From Antedon mediterranea (lineage: Eukaryota > Animalia > Echinodermata): 64,000 nt of DNA. Shown piece by piece: positions 37,512 through 52,099 of the stretch. Both the position numbers and the translations under genes were made by a program. Position 1 is the first letter of the stretch. Every line of letters starts with the position of its first letter. The notes beneath the pieces were generated by a model that had not been told where the DNA came from, did not search any database, and worked only from the letters and a program-made list of their open reading frames with translations. The DNA lies in NCBI RefSeq assembly GCF_964355755.1, contig NC_092671.1:6448001-6512000 (forward strand), in the 5' to 3' direction.

Positions 37512-39115
37512 GTAAGTTACTGTATCTATTTGTTAACAAAGATGTAGGCCTAATGTAACATTTTGTAATGCTTAAATGCCTATTGGATACAATTCAGAAA
37601 TAATGTGTATTGTCGCCAGACACGATGCAAGGAAAAACAGGCACTGTCATTAGAAAGCAACGTATAACTATACTAGTATACGAATTGGAGACATCATCTC
37701 ATTAAAATATAATCGGTGTCGATATTTCCAGTTATTATATGAGTATAATTTCTATATAATAGTTATATCGCATATATGGTATATAGTTTAATAACGTATC
37801 AATTAAATGCAACATTATATTTTGTTAAATATTGACTACTTATGTATTAGATTTCCATAGTGGCAAAGTGGGTTAATAACGCATGGTATCGTTTTTAAAT
37901 GTTATACTTGCACTAATAGTTATAAAACCATGTTCGTCTTCATAGAAAAGAGAGATTTTTGTAACGATATTTTACTGACCTGAATTTTGTAAACGAGAAC
38001 AAGGTGAAACGAATTACTTATGTCATCTTATACTTGCTTTCTAAAATAACTTTTAAGCCTGTAATTAAGGTTATAAACTGTTTTAGAATCGTCTTCCTAC
38101 GCTTAAAAGACATCGTGCTTTTATCTTTAAATTTATCTATAATACAACCTTTTGGATGCGACGGATAATGCCCGATATATTACTCAAGAGCAGTACATAC
38201 GTTCTCAAATTTCATATAAATACTAAAATATTCCATCTCGTGTATTACCGTACTGTGCTACTCTATCGCTGAATGGAATGATATTTCATAATTTTAACTA
38301 AACGATCTCACCGTGACGTCACAATGTTGTACCTTCAAACCGAATTATTACAACTGATCCTAAGCAATGTTCCGGTAATAATTGAAATTGGTTTTATGTA
38401 AAAACATAACTCTACACTTACATAAATATTTTTGACAAATATTTTTAAATTAACGATGCATTTGAGCGAATAAATCTGATTCTCATATATAAATCATGAT
38501 TTTTTATAAAAGCTTGAAATATATCTACAACCAGTAGCAGGCATAATTAATATAAAGAACACTTAAATGTCTGAAGACACGGGGAAAAGTAAGATTTATG
38601 TTGTCATTATTATGAGTGCAGTAAGTATATAAGCTTAGGTATATATTCTCTGGATTTGTAGTAACCCATGTGTATTAGTAAAATATATACTGTATTTAGA
38701 GATGAACCGTTTGAATCATATTGCATAAGAAGCATCTCTAATAAATAATAGCTAATATAGAACACAGATTTATATGTGGGGAGTAGTCTAGTATCATCCA
38801 TGATGAAACGATAGACATTTGTGTGCGTTCAAATGACGTAGTGATTAGGAGAGTTTATATAATAACTGTAATGTAAAACAAGAGACAGAATGTTACCAAG
38901 AGAAATATAATGCATTGATACCGTTCAATATAGGTTTATCGGTGATTCTAAAATAACTTATTAATAGCCTTCCTTGAAGATGTAGAAAACGAGGCTTTAC
39001 TGGGAGTAATTAACCTCATTTGGCTCATTTTACTGATTCTTCATTACTTGTGAAACAAACTAAATAGAAGTCTGTATTTTATCATAGTGAGAAGGATAGT
39101 TTAACCGTATCCTTA

Positions 39116-39242
39116 AGCTCTGTCTACCCTATCAAACTGTATGTGACAAAAAATGTGATGTGCCCATATTTGGGATATCACTACAGTATTTGGGCTCATC
39201 ACACATTTTTATCAAACTAAGTTTGATAGTGTAGACAGAGCT
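39116..39242. mobile_element. AGCTCTGTCTACAC-family MITE copy in the ASIC intron
   Basis: TTA|AGCTCTGTCTACCCTATCAAAC ... GTTTGATAGTGTAGACAGAGCT|TTA. Confidence 0.85.
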
Positions 39243-40608
39243 TTAGAAAAGCGCATGTTTTCAATCCTATCTTCCATTTTTCAACGTCATGCTTTTCACG
39301 CTGTTGCTCTAGCCCGCTACGTCACACGAGATGACTCATTCATTAGATGAAATCAAGCAGCAGTATATAGTACTACATTGACATTTTTGTTAAAATGGAA
39401 ACTCGACTATAATTTATAGGTACCACCTGTTGAATCCAAAAAACGGCTGGGAAAAGAGTCTAATGACAAATCCCAAAGCATTTCTGGTATTTATGAGTCC
39501 CATGATATTACTATAATTCACGGTCAGATAATCATTGAATTATTATCAAAACAGTCCATTGAAGTTTTTGTTTGTAATAGGATACTTGAAGTATCTAGGC
39601 TTGATGAAGTGACCCCCCAGACTTGACCTTAGCAATAACAATAAGCAAGCAGCGTTTTTTGTAAGAAATACTCTTGTTATCTTTAGTATTTAGTATTTCA
39701 TTATAAGACTATAATAAAAAAATAGATAAACCAGAATGTTGTAATTTGCTTGAATATAGACACATAACTGATGAAATAAAAGTGTGATGAACCTACAAAA
39801 GACTTGCTATCAATTCCTAAAAAGATATTCTATCAATTCCTCTCTTTTTTCCAACTGCCTTTTTTACAATTTGAAACGGTGCCAACTTTCACTAGAAACT
39901 CCGCAACTTTAACAAAACACTCATTTATTATATTTTTTTGATTTTTATTTAAAAAAAAATTGTCTAGATAATTTTAAACGTACAGAACAAAAGGTATTTT
40001 ACAACTACACATGCGATGATCACGACCACTTTCCCATCACGTCATCAAGATTATAATTCTACCATACAAAGCCACATTTTAAGAAACCTCACACAAAGTA
40101 TCAAATTAAGTAAGTAAGTAAAAATCCCGATGCAAAATATGGGTTTACCTCTTTAACGTTATTTCAATGATTTATTACAATAATTTACCATGCCATGGTC
40201 CTTAATATTTCTCTTCAAACCATCATAAACATCACTTGTTAACTTCATCTTCATTGTTATTACAGTTGTCGTAATTCTTGAAACTGCATCACTTATAATA
40301 GGCCTAGTTAACTTTATTGTCTATTATCAACTTAACTGATACTATTTATATATGTAACGTATTTACAGGTTTGATATAATATTGTGAGCTTTATGCATCA
40401 AAATAAATGATATATTGCATAAAAAGTCTCGTAAATTTGTATAATATCGCAGTATGCATCGATACGAATAATTCCATACGTCAAATGTTGATTTATGGTA
40501 TTATTCTTTCTTGTATACATATTTTGAATACTGTTTATAAATTCTTAAAGGTTTTGAATAAATGCATTGATTTTAACACGCATTGATGTATATTTGACAT
40601 GTTTTATA

Positions 40609-41475
40609 GGGCCTGTTTCTGCTGAGCAGAAATAATCGATTATTAACCGTTTATTTTTTTAATCGATTATTTTTGGGCAGCAGAAACGGCGCAAAATAAA
40701 ATAACCGATTAAAAACACTCAATCCATTGCGTGTTTTAATCGATTATTTCTTGTTTTAACCGATTATTGCGGAGCAGTTTTGAGCTGCAACACAAATAGC
40801 GATTATTGACCTCACTTTGACCTCTAGAGTATGACAAACTTATTCACGTCACAAAGCATGCTGTTTATTTGCGCGATATCGACGACGACGATCAGCAAAA
40901 CCACGATCGCGATGTAGACCGAATAACAATCAAATGTTAAACATTTGATTTTTATTATTTTGTGGGGAAGAATTATACCGAGAGACTCCAGGATTCTGTG
41001 TTACAATACACCCGTTACATACCACCAGTCCAGGCTAAGGATGTTTTACATGTCATTTTTTAGGCCTGTTTGTTGACTTGTTTCGGTAGAACCAACCGAA
41101 GGTAGAACCAACGAACGGCGAAACGAACTTTTTTCGCCGACGTGTCCTTATTAATATAACATCATTATTCTGTTGTATGTGGTACGGTAGTAGGCCTAGA
41201 TGTTTATTTTAAAAATAATATAGCTTTACGTAAGAGTAATTTTTAATCCTACATATGAGAGTTTTAGGCAGCGATAGGGTATAAACAAACCAACTCTCAT
41301 CGGCCTTTCATAACTTGAACTGCGCTGTGGGAGAATGATGACGTAATTTTAAAAACCGATTACCTGAATAACCGATTACAGTCGTAGCAATTTTCAATTG
41401 CAACGCGATTATTTTTGTGGTTTGCGGTGACTGGAAAAAATCGATTATTTTCATTTTTTCAGCAGAAACAGACCC
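40609..41475. mobile_element. ~870-bp non-autonomous DNA transposon (PIF/Harbinger-related?)
   Basis: TIR GGGCCTGTTTCTGCTGA / TCAGCAGAAACAGACCC, with ATA on both flanks. Many subterminal AA(T/C)CGATTA motifs at both ends. Confidence 0.8.
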
Positions 41476-42851
41476 ATAGAATTAAATGAAATGTTTATAA
41501 ATATGAGAAAGGATTCAGCACATCAACTGACCAAAATAATATAGATTACAAACAAATTTCACTTTTACATGATGTATTTGTTTGTATGTAATCACATTCG
41601 TACCCAACAAAGTACTAACTACAATTAAAACATCTACAATAATGTGACCAACTACAAACACTTTCAACATAAGTTGAAGTAATTGAATAAATTGTTGAAA
41701 AATAAGTTTAATCTTAAAATATGTAGATAAATTTGACATCGTTCGGGGAGAGATTGTTTTTTACTTCAACCTAACTTAACCTAACTTCATTTCCATATTA
41801 CGGATTCTTCCGAATGGTTTGTTGGTGCAGACTTATTTTTTTTTTAACAAAGCCGCTTGAATAAAAATCGCATAGGTAAATATAATAACAATATTTCCCT
41901 AGGGCAATACTGTATTACGTTTTTGAATCCTTGTTGAGTCACGTGATGTCATTTCGACTAATCGCATCCTCGTAATTTACATAGGTTGTGTAATAAAATA
42001 ATTTTGTGTGGTTCAATCTCATAGCAGATTGAAGCAATCTGAACACATTTTATAGAATATACTTGACTCGTAAAAACTACGTGTGATACGTGGTACGAAA
42101 TGTCCTCAACAAAAATTGAGTACGAAACTATGATGTTCTGATAATATTTACATATGGAAATGAAGCATTAATAAATAAAAGTGGACTGCCACGAATTTAA
42201 TTAGAATATTTGTTATTATAATTAGGCTAGTCTATCTGGTACGTTTCCCCGAACAATTTGCGACAGGCTCGCAGTATCAGTGTCTCAACAACAGTTGATA
42301 TTAGAGGCCTATTTTGTCACTAAATTATGTAAAACATCCTTTGATGTATCAGTGTAATATAAACATACATTAATAACTTCGACAACAATTACATACAATC
42401 ATATTTTGTTCATTTATTTTACAGTAAATTAAAATACTCTAAAACATTACCGTACTGTACGTACATTTTGAACACTGAAAGTAAGGGTATTATGGAAATC
42501 TACAACCACTGAATGTCATATGTACCAGTTTTCGAAATACAGATGGCCATTGATGTAAAGTATATGTTTTCTTGCAGTTACTTTATATCATCTGCAAAAT
42601 AGAGATATATTTGCATATAGACATGTCTATTATCTGTATAGACATCAAATAATTGTTTACTTTATTTTTAGAAACAATAAATTGTGTTATAGGCCCTTAT
42701 TACACTCAACAATCTAATAAAATGTACGATGACTGTTTTGGTTTTGATTTTTTTTTCTCAAGGCTACACTATTCATAGAAAGCAAGGTGGTGTGTAAACA
42801 AGAAAAGTAGTTCCCCCAACGGTTTACTATATTCTATACCCAAGTCTGTTA

Positions 42852-43252
42852 AGGCCCATTCACACTAGGACGATAACGATCGTCGATAAATATATAAGCA
42901 TGCATTTTTTTAACATAAAACAAAAAGAAATTAGAAAGGGTTCCGTTCTAGGACTATAGGATAATCATTTATGCTGTCTTTGATAAAAATAATATTTTTA
43001 AAATTCCAATCAAATGACGTCATGATACATAAAAACAATAAAATCGTTGTATTGTCACGATATTATTGCTCTTACTAATCATGACGTCATTTGATTGGAC
43101 GTGTGAAAATATAATTTTCATCAAAGGAAGCATAGATGGTTATTCTATAGTTCTAGAATGAAAAGGTTTTATATTTCTTTTATTTTACGTATGAAAAATG
43201 CAAATTATTATCTATAATCGTCGATCGTTATCGTCCTAGTGTGAATGGGCCT
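42852..43252. mobile_element. 401-bp fully palindromic Harbinger/Tourist-like MITE
   Basis: TTA|AGGCCCATTCACACTAGGACGATAACGATCG ... CGATCGTTATCGTCCTAGTGTGAATGGGCCT|TTA. The arms stay complementary almost to the centre (CAATCAAATGACGTCATGA / TCATGACGTCATTTGATTG). Confidence 0.9.
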
Positions 43253-46089
43253 TTATTTCTCGCTATTTTTCATAATAATAATTTTCTATTATGATATTTA
43301 ATTAATCACCAGTATTTAAACATTTGAGAAAGAAACATATTGAATTGTTGATTTTATTGAGAGAGTCTTTGAAATTAGTTTGCCTAGCCTAATTAGTCAC
43401 GTAAGAAGAAGACGAAGTCATTGGGCTTTATTTTATTTCCATGTAACTTTCAGTCAAAGCTTAATAAATATTCTAGTAGGTAATAAACAAACGTATAATT
43501 GTTTAAGAGTGTAGTTTGAAGTGGCGTAAATTTATTTTGGAGAAAGTTCAATTTATTTAGGCTTACACCACATCAAACCCACACTCGGTCCGGTGGCCGT
43601 ACAAACGTCGTTTGTCACGTAAGGAACTCACGGATTTGATTTGAACGATTCTTTCACACCTTGATCCAGACAGATTGCTTTCAATACTTTACATCAATAT
43701 CGTGTTTACTGTCGTAACATAATTCGAAGTAAGGATTTTTACTGAATTGTTGTCAACCATAGAATACTAGGCGCAGATAGGTTAGTGGATATATATAATT
43801 ATTTCACTTGATTGATGGATGGAACTTTCAAAATAGGTAATTATTCCAGACAGTATTTATGTCAATAACCATCAATCAAAATAACGTTGTGTTTGTAAAT
43901 TAAGGCTTCCTGTCTAGAATATCATAATCTCACAATTTTTTTTCTAATTTAGATAAAGTTTACTCTAAAGTTTGTTAAATAGACTTAGAGCTGATAAAAT
44001 ATATACTGGTCATTCCAGGAAGATGTAAAATGTCCCTGGTCATTCACACCATAGAGTAATTATCACTTCAGAGCAGACAAATAACAGAAATAAAATGAAA
44101 GATAAGTATCTCACCATGGTTGAATACATTCAATTTGCCTGTATTTATTTGGAAATCGTTCGCACTCATTTTTTTTCTTCTTTCATATTAAAACATAGTT
44201 CGTCTGATTTGTTTAAGGTTATTCATAATTGTTATTTTACATATGAATCGTATTAAAAATAAGGATTATTTATCTTAGTTATCTAATATCTAAAATCGAA
44301 AATTTCAAAGAACATACAACAGAAAGGATAGATAGATATCAAGTGGTTTTAAAGGTGAACATAAACAATATAAGACAACTTTCCAATTTAAATACAATAT
44401 TATCATGCGTACCGTAAAATCATTTTTTTTTTTATCATATTTTGAAATATTTCACACCCAATGTTAATCTGATTATTCATAAATTGCATTTTGCCAATGA
44501 CTCGTGTAGATACGGTTTACTATATTGTACTTACTTTATTATAATTTCAAAATTCTTTCATACCTTTTCCATTATTTCTCCTGGCATGGTTTCTTTAGCG
44601 CTATATATTTAAGATTTATATTAATTTTTACTATGTAAATTTGTTCTCGTTTAGAATTGTATGCCCCCGAGATATTGCAACATTATTTTAATTTCAGTTC
44701 ATCGCATATTATAAATCTAGCACACTGGCCACAGTTAACCTACTCATCGATTAGTTGATAAATTCGGACTAATTAATGCCACATCTTTTTAACTAGCTAT
44801 CCAGTGATAAATATCTGCAATCATTTAAACTTCTTCGAGATTTAATTTCTTATAGAAAATAGTTTTTGCGTTATTGTCTATGAAAATGAAAAGTGAGTGG
44901 TGACATCATCATTTCAATTCTCCCACTCACCAATTACGTCTCGCCTATTTTTATCTAGGATTTCCATGGCTTTAATCACAACATTGACTTAAATACTACC
45001 ATGATTTAGTACGATTCATTCCATGTAGTAGACTTTGCTATGACTATTGTTGTGTTTCAAAAAAAATGTTAACGTACATTTAAAACTATACTCGCAATCT
45101 TGGCTTTTAATATTAATGCATTGTATTTGTGCAAAGTTCACCGTACACACATTTCTGAAGAAAACCCATTGTTCAGTTCATTAATCTGTGTAGGCCTATT
45201 TTAGAAAGTTTAGAGAACTTCAACCGCTTAGTGTTAGAAATGTGAACATTAAACATGTTATTGTTTCTGAAAAATGTTTGACAACGCCTTTAAGTAATAC
45301 ATATGCACTATGTACAATTTTACACTCTGCTTCAATCTAATTCAGGAGTACTGTTGCTATAGATTGATGTGATCAGCGATTTGTATTTATTAATTCTTCA
45401 TAAGTAACAGTATGAATATTTCAAATCATTTTGTTTTATTAACTGGTGCATTAATAATACTCAACTGTATTATATTTATTTAATTAAATATTTCAGTGCA
45501 AAGCCAACGTAGCATCACCTCTATATACATCTTTTTTTATAAATGAAAATGTTAACAAATGCAACAAGACATTGCTGTGTCGCTTTTAAATCTATACCCA
45601 GCTTTGGTTGTTTGTAATCACAGAGAAAATATTAATAGTGCTTTTTGAAGTTAGTATACCCAATGTAAATGGATAGAAACAAAATACAACTTTCAAGTTA
45701 TGGGCCTGATTATTTTGAAACTTACAAACGTAAATTAGAATCTCGAGTTATTCATATCTTTAATGTGGGCCGAAATATTAAATAACACGCCCTATATCGT
45801 ACTCTGCATGAATTTTGCCAAGAATCTCGCTAGTTTCAACGTTTAATCAGCTCTATATTTTAAGTATCTTTTTCCCGAGTCATCTTACTATATCTACGGA
45901 CTATGCATTGATTTTTGTGCACAACATTACGCAGTACATGATCAAACAGAATTTGCTTTTTTTTTATATATCGATTGACTTTCGTATTCAAAGTCGTGTT
46001 CTAACATCCTTTTTTTTCAGTTAAATATTTAATGTTTATCATAGATACAGGTTTATAACATCGATATCCAATTGACGTAATACATTTTT

Positions 46090-46265
46090 TTTAGAGAAGA
46101 GTTAAATTAAACCAATTTACTCTTTCCATTTTACCACTCCTCTTTAATTAAAGAAATACCTTCTTTGGGTCCTGACATATTTTTCAGAGAAGACTAAAAT
46201 TACACCATTGCATTACTCTTTCCATTTTACCACTCCCCTTAATTAAAAAAAAAAAACCTGCTTAG
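46090..46265. repeat. Diverged tandem duplication, ~95-bp unit
   Basis: AGAGAAGA..AAATTA.ACCA...TTACTCTTTCCATTTTACCACTCC...TTAATTAAA occurs twice. Confidence 0.7.
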
Positions 46266-49200
46266 GGTTCATAAGTCAGACTAAAAACGTTCTAAAGTAT
46301 ATATGTTTATATTAAAGTTTTTATTTTATTTATTTTAGTTTAGTCATTTTAATAATACATATTTATCATGTTTCCTTCACCATTCTTCCTAAAGTATCAA
46401 TCTTAACGGACAGATGCAGTTCTAGTTATATTCCAATAATTATCTATCTATAGTTTCATGTATATTTCATCTTCCAGTATTTTTATGCTTTTTTTTATTA
46501 AGGAGTTAGCAGTACCAACTTGTGTATGTTGTAAATAGAGAGGCAATAAAAAAAAAAAAACAAAAAAAAAAAAAAAACATTGCGACAAAAATCATATGAC
46601 CGTAGTATACGGTAATTTAAATCAAATTATTCGTTTTTGCTATTTTTAGTCAAGTTTTGTATAAGTAGTATATTAAAAAATACCCCATATACCCATAAAT
46701 TGTGTTTTGTCACCGGAAATATGAATTTATTCAAAAAGTATCAAGTGGTATTTATGTTCATTTTCAATTTTTCTATATCAAATACATCTGAAATCCTTTA
46801 TAGGTGACCTTTAATACCTCTTCTTACCTCTCCAGTAACATTCTCACTGCTGCTAAATGTATTATTTTAATATACGTTTTAGACAGGTAGTTTTAAATTT
46901 TAAGAACGTACCGTAACTAAACTCATCTTGGTTTAAAGACGTCAGATTCGATCTATATGCCCATTAATATCCACGTAGCGATCAAACATTGAGCGAGAAA
47001 ACTGTGCGTGACGCGAATACTTAGACGTCTATTTTGGAAAAAAACTCGACAATCTTTTGACGGCGTAGAGGATAGTTTTCTTAAAACGTTTTAAATGTTG
47101 TAAATTAATGCGCATATATGTTATTTAATATATTAACATTCACGAAATGTGTAGGCTGTAGGTTATTTCTCATGTTTTTCTTGCGCAAACGTTATTCTTA
47201 AAATAAAATATTCTCGAATTGCAGACGTTCATCTATCGAGTAGGCTAATGCAATCACCATGAATAAAATGTATACAACATCGTATATCTCGTGTTACAAT
47301 TTATTAAAGGAAATGTATTTCAAAGAAACTACAGTGAAGAAAAGATAATGAAACAAGTGTAACTTGTATAGCCACAACGGGCCCATATCACGTAAATAGA
47401 ATACGATAAGACTGAAGAAACCTATTAAATAACTTTTGCAACTGGCGAATTAGTTGATTATACCTGTACAAGTAGATGCCTTTTTATGGAAAGGTATACA
47501 GTCCGTTGAAATGTGTTATAGTGTAATCACTAAATCATTTGCTATAATATTTACACAAAATGTTAGAACGCCCTTTACTTCGTGTCTAGCCTAATATTGG
47601 GCTGGCCGTTTCAGAAAACCTGGACCCGCCTGTCGCTGTCATAGAAGTGCCACTTGCGAATACACTTAAACTATCATTACATTTTCACGTTATGCTTCTT
47701 GAGGAGAAGCATGAAGCATTATGCTTTACTTCATATTTAACATTACTACCTGGAAAGAGTCTTCCCTGGTAAAACCCCTGTCATGGTCTTAGCATGTCAG
47801 GTTGTTTAAACGGATACTGTATATTGAGTACCAGAAACATTCTAAGCAGTTGTGAAAAAGGTTTTTGTATTGTGTTTTTCGGCATCTTACCAACATTACT
47901 TCTCTCGATAGTAGACATTATGACAATAGCGTGTTTTTTATAAGCTTAATATGACAATGATAATAATAAGAATACATAATGTCAGGTAGAAGATATCACA
48001 ATACTATTATGAACAGGATTATATGGTTGTCATATAATTCAGATTGAGATTAAGACTCTGAATTTAAATATGGATGAATGTTTAGTTTTTGGCCAGCTAA
48101 AATGATGCAAAATGATAATTGTATAGTCTAGGCCCCCCCCCCCCCAAAAAGATTTTCCTTGCACCGTGGCGATTAGATCATATGCTTACTCACATACTGT
48201 ATTATCTATTTATTATTTATTTATTTAATCTTTCTTTATTCTGAAATACACTTTCAATACAATGTACTGATTTCCAAAGTGGTTCAGTTCTTAACTACAT
48301 AAATGTAAACAAAATACGTACGCACATACAGTAGGCCTACTTCTGTTTTTAAATAGTTGATCATAACATTTTACCTGCGTTGGGCCTGACTTTATTGAAC
48401 ATTACATCTAGTACAGTACATCAGAACTGTCGATAAAATACTCGCTCTGTTTGACAGAAATACAGTAAGATAAGTTTCAATATTCAAGCATCTGTTCCCA
48501 AAGGCTTTCCGCAATAATGCATTACAACAACGTAAGATTCGTTTTTCGTATTCTTGTTTTGTACAATGGGCCTCAAGCCAAATGAAGCGCAAACGCACAT
48601 TGACTGTAATTTATCATTTCTACCAAGATCATCGGACATATACAAATTATATGTCACCTATACATATTTTAAATTATTATGATAAGCTAAGTATTTATGA
48701 ATATAAAATCTTGTTTTTTCTAATCCAAAGATTATATTGTCAAAATATTATATATTCTATTTAATTTATTAACTGGGAAATTATGCAGAGCATTTGATTC
48801 TGACATTAGATATTGACTTAATAATAATCTTTAAAGTAAATATTACCAATATTAAGGTGATGTGTATTCTAAGTTTTCAGAAGGGTTATTGGTGTTTTTT
48901 GTAAGATATCGTAACTCTAATAACACAAACTCATAATAATACCACAAAGTATCGAATCACAAAATAATGTAACTGTGTCCTATAGTCAACATTTTGTTTT
49001 TCTTCATATGCCATGTTGCCTTGCGGTTATAGTTTTATTATATGATGCTCAGCAACACTGAACCCATTACATTCAGTTTGAGATATCTCATTCTTCCCTC
49101 AACTTTCCCTATTAAATAATGATTAATTATTCCAGTTTTTCTTTCTGATCAAATTTCAATAAAGGATTTTATATCTTTTGTTAAATCAATCGTCAGCTGA

Positions 49201-51158
49201 AGAACTTGCAGGAATTGCATGATTGGTATATTATATTTTCCCACACCTGAACAATTTATGCAAACACTAGTTCCATATAACAGCCATTGTCTACGTCTCT
49301 CAGCATTTTTCGGATGAGCCACATTTGTACGGTTGATACGATATATTAATTTTTTTATTTAAGAAATACATCCCGGACATTAGTTTCAGCTTAAAACAGA
49401 TAAGTGATCTCCGGTATTAACCTCCATTAATTTCTTTCAATTCTGTACATTTCTCATAGTAAGTATTTTTAGATTCCTTTCTTCTGTCCCACTGGACGAC
49501 CCCTCAACACATTTTAATTTCGAAATGTGTCTACCGGGAAACATTTATGCCATGTGATACACGAGTAACATGTTTCATCTCGTTATACTCGGCCTATCAA
49601 GCTGATAACAATAATGATCCATTTATTCAAGCTTTTAAAGTACCTGGATGGTCATGTGTTCTGTATTTATACAGTATAAACGTAAATATACCCTTGATAC
49701 AACCGAATGAGTTTGATAAATGCGTTACAAACGGAAATTTTAGCTTTCGATAAAGATACGATTTGAACAAAACCCTTTTCTTTAGTGTAATATTTACATT
49801 TCTAAATAAAATACACTGTCATATTATTAAATAACAGTATGGGAACATGTTGACAATAGCAATAGCCCATGGTTAGGCTACTGAACCAAGTTAGTAGGAG
49901 AATGTGTAAGTGTATTTCTTAATATAGCAACTATACTTAAAGTAGATGTTCCTTTTGCAATCGAGTATCAATTGTTTTTTATGTTATACAATATTATTGA
50001 ACAGGGAAAAAACGATGTAAATGTAGAAACTATCTTAACTTAGTAACAGTTAGTGTTGATGACACAGAATAATGATAATTAATGAAGGTTCATTTCAATC
50101 AGTTATTATAATGACAAACATGCCACTGGCGAGACTCGAACCTGCGAACTGTCAATTAAAAAAGCATAAGTAATCCACCCACACCAACTTACATTTTCGG
50201 ACGCGTACGTAATTCAAAGGGTTAGACAGAGCATTATACACTCAGAGAATTGATAATGTTGTGAAAAAATAGATGTGTCCTTTATTCAACTTCAAGTTTT
50301 ACGTGCCGGTGTCATTGTCATGTGTAATGAATCCAATTCAATGATACACATTTTCTTGCAAATAGTATAAATATTATCCTTATAGACTGGCATGTGAGTG
50401 TGAGTAGTGTTTGTTCAAGGTATTCAAAATCATTTTAGGAAAATACAGACATTTAAGAAACCGTTTTATACACAATAAAGCTGAAGAAAATAAAGACTAA
50501 TTTAAGTTTATTTAAATTCAAGACAAGTGAAGAAATATTATAAGTCATGCAGGACTAACAAGTTAATAAAATCAATCATCGTTTTGATAGTGGTAAATGG
50601 CAAAATATGCATTGCCACAAACTATACATGGTCTATATATTATTCTATATTATTAATCATCTTTCTCGTCTGAAAACAATATGCAAAACTCAAATCATGT
50701 GACGCAATTGAAACTTCTATAAGTTAAGAAATATCTGTGTACCAGTATGTAAGCAATTATTCAAGATTTGTTTTTAGACGAATTGCTCCAAGCAATGAGT
50801 TTATATTGTTGTAGAATGTCTTCACACTCCAAGTTATAGACCATTATTGTAAGGTCTATGCACTATTAAACATGAGATTATTACCATTTATCTGAACCAT
50901 TAAAGTTTCTAACAATTTACCTTAAAGAGTCGTTAATCTTGCACAACCGAGTCTAAAGCTTAAAGACCTTTTTATCAGACGTTTGGAAGTAAACTTTTTA
51001 GAAAGCATCTCCAGTGTATTTACCGTATTTACCTTTGTTAGAAACATATTTTAAGTGTTGTACTTGTGTGTATATATATTCAAAATCTCATAACATCATA
51101 GAAATAAACTCCATTACCCTTTATATAATGGTACAACCCACCATAAAAAAAATCTTTG

Positions 51159-51405
51159 TTTTCTAGATCTAGAAAACTAAGATATCTTAGGTCTTAGTTT
51201 TCTAGATCTTAGTTTTCTAGACACCCATCATCGGATCTAGAAAACTGAGACCTAAGGTATCTTATTTTTCTAGATCTAAAAAACTAAGATATCTTAGTTC
51301 TTAGTTTTCTAGATTTTAGTTTTCTAGACACTCATCATCGGATCTAGAACACTAAGACTTAAGATATTTTAAATCTTAGTTTTATAGATCTAGTTTTCTA
51401 GACAC
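51159..51405. repeat. Array of interleaved inverted repeats (TCTAGAAAACTAAGA / TCTTAGTTTTCTAGA)
   Basis: About 11 alternating-orientation copies of the motif, punctuated twice by ACAC.CATCATCGGA. Confidence 0.85.
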
Positions 51406-52099
51406 TAAAAAGAGATTCTAATATATTTCAGACATATTATATAGTATTGTCTGTCTGTTGTAGACTCTAGCTAAATACATAATAATAGGAAAATAAAGCT
51501 TAAAAATGAACCGTGAAAGACGTTTTGACTCCATCATGGGGTCATTATCAAGTCCAATGAACAAATTCTAAAATGCAACTAATTATATAACGTAAATCAG
51601 GGGTCAAAGTTTAATTAACAGAAGACCTATTGTTGAACATAATTTTCAGAAGGAAATAAAAGATCTGTAGGCCTACTGCTAAAGAAAATTAAGGAAATAC
51701 ACGTGCCTTATAAATAAAAGCAGCATTATGTTACAATATTTAATAGTACACATCGTGTTAAAATAAAGAGTAACGTCAATTTATCGTTTATCAACCCTTA
51801 TGAAAAAATAAGAATTGTGTCAGTCGAACTGACAATTCTATTTTGAAACTAGAGAGGGCGTAATTTCAACCTCTTGAATTTGGTCGCCACACTTAAATAA
51901 CCTTTGACTGGGTTTATGTTCTATTAAACATAGTACTGTATCTCTAGTTTCCTCTATGTTCTAAACTATAGTTTGGTTTGTTTAATTATTATCCATTTTG
52001 GATAGCTTTATTTTGCATAGAATAATTATATATTGTTATTTATGTAAAGATATCTTTATTAATTAAATTTATTCCCAAAATGTTCACATTTATTATGCT

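Noticed and set aside
50825-50860. TATAGACC...GGTCTATG short palindrome as another P-type footprint
   Set aside because: No flanking direct repeat could be found.
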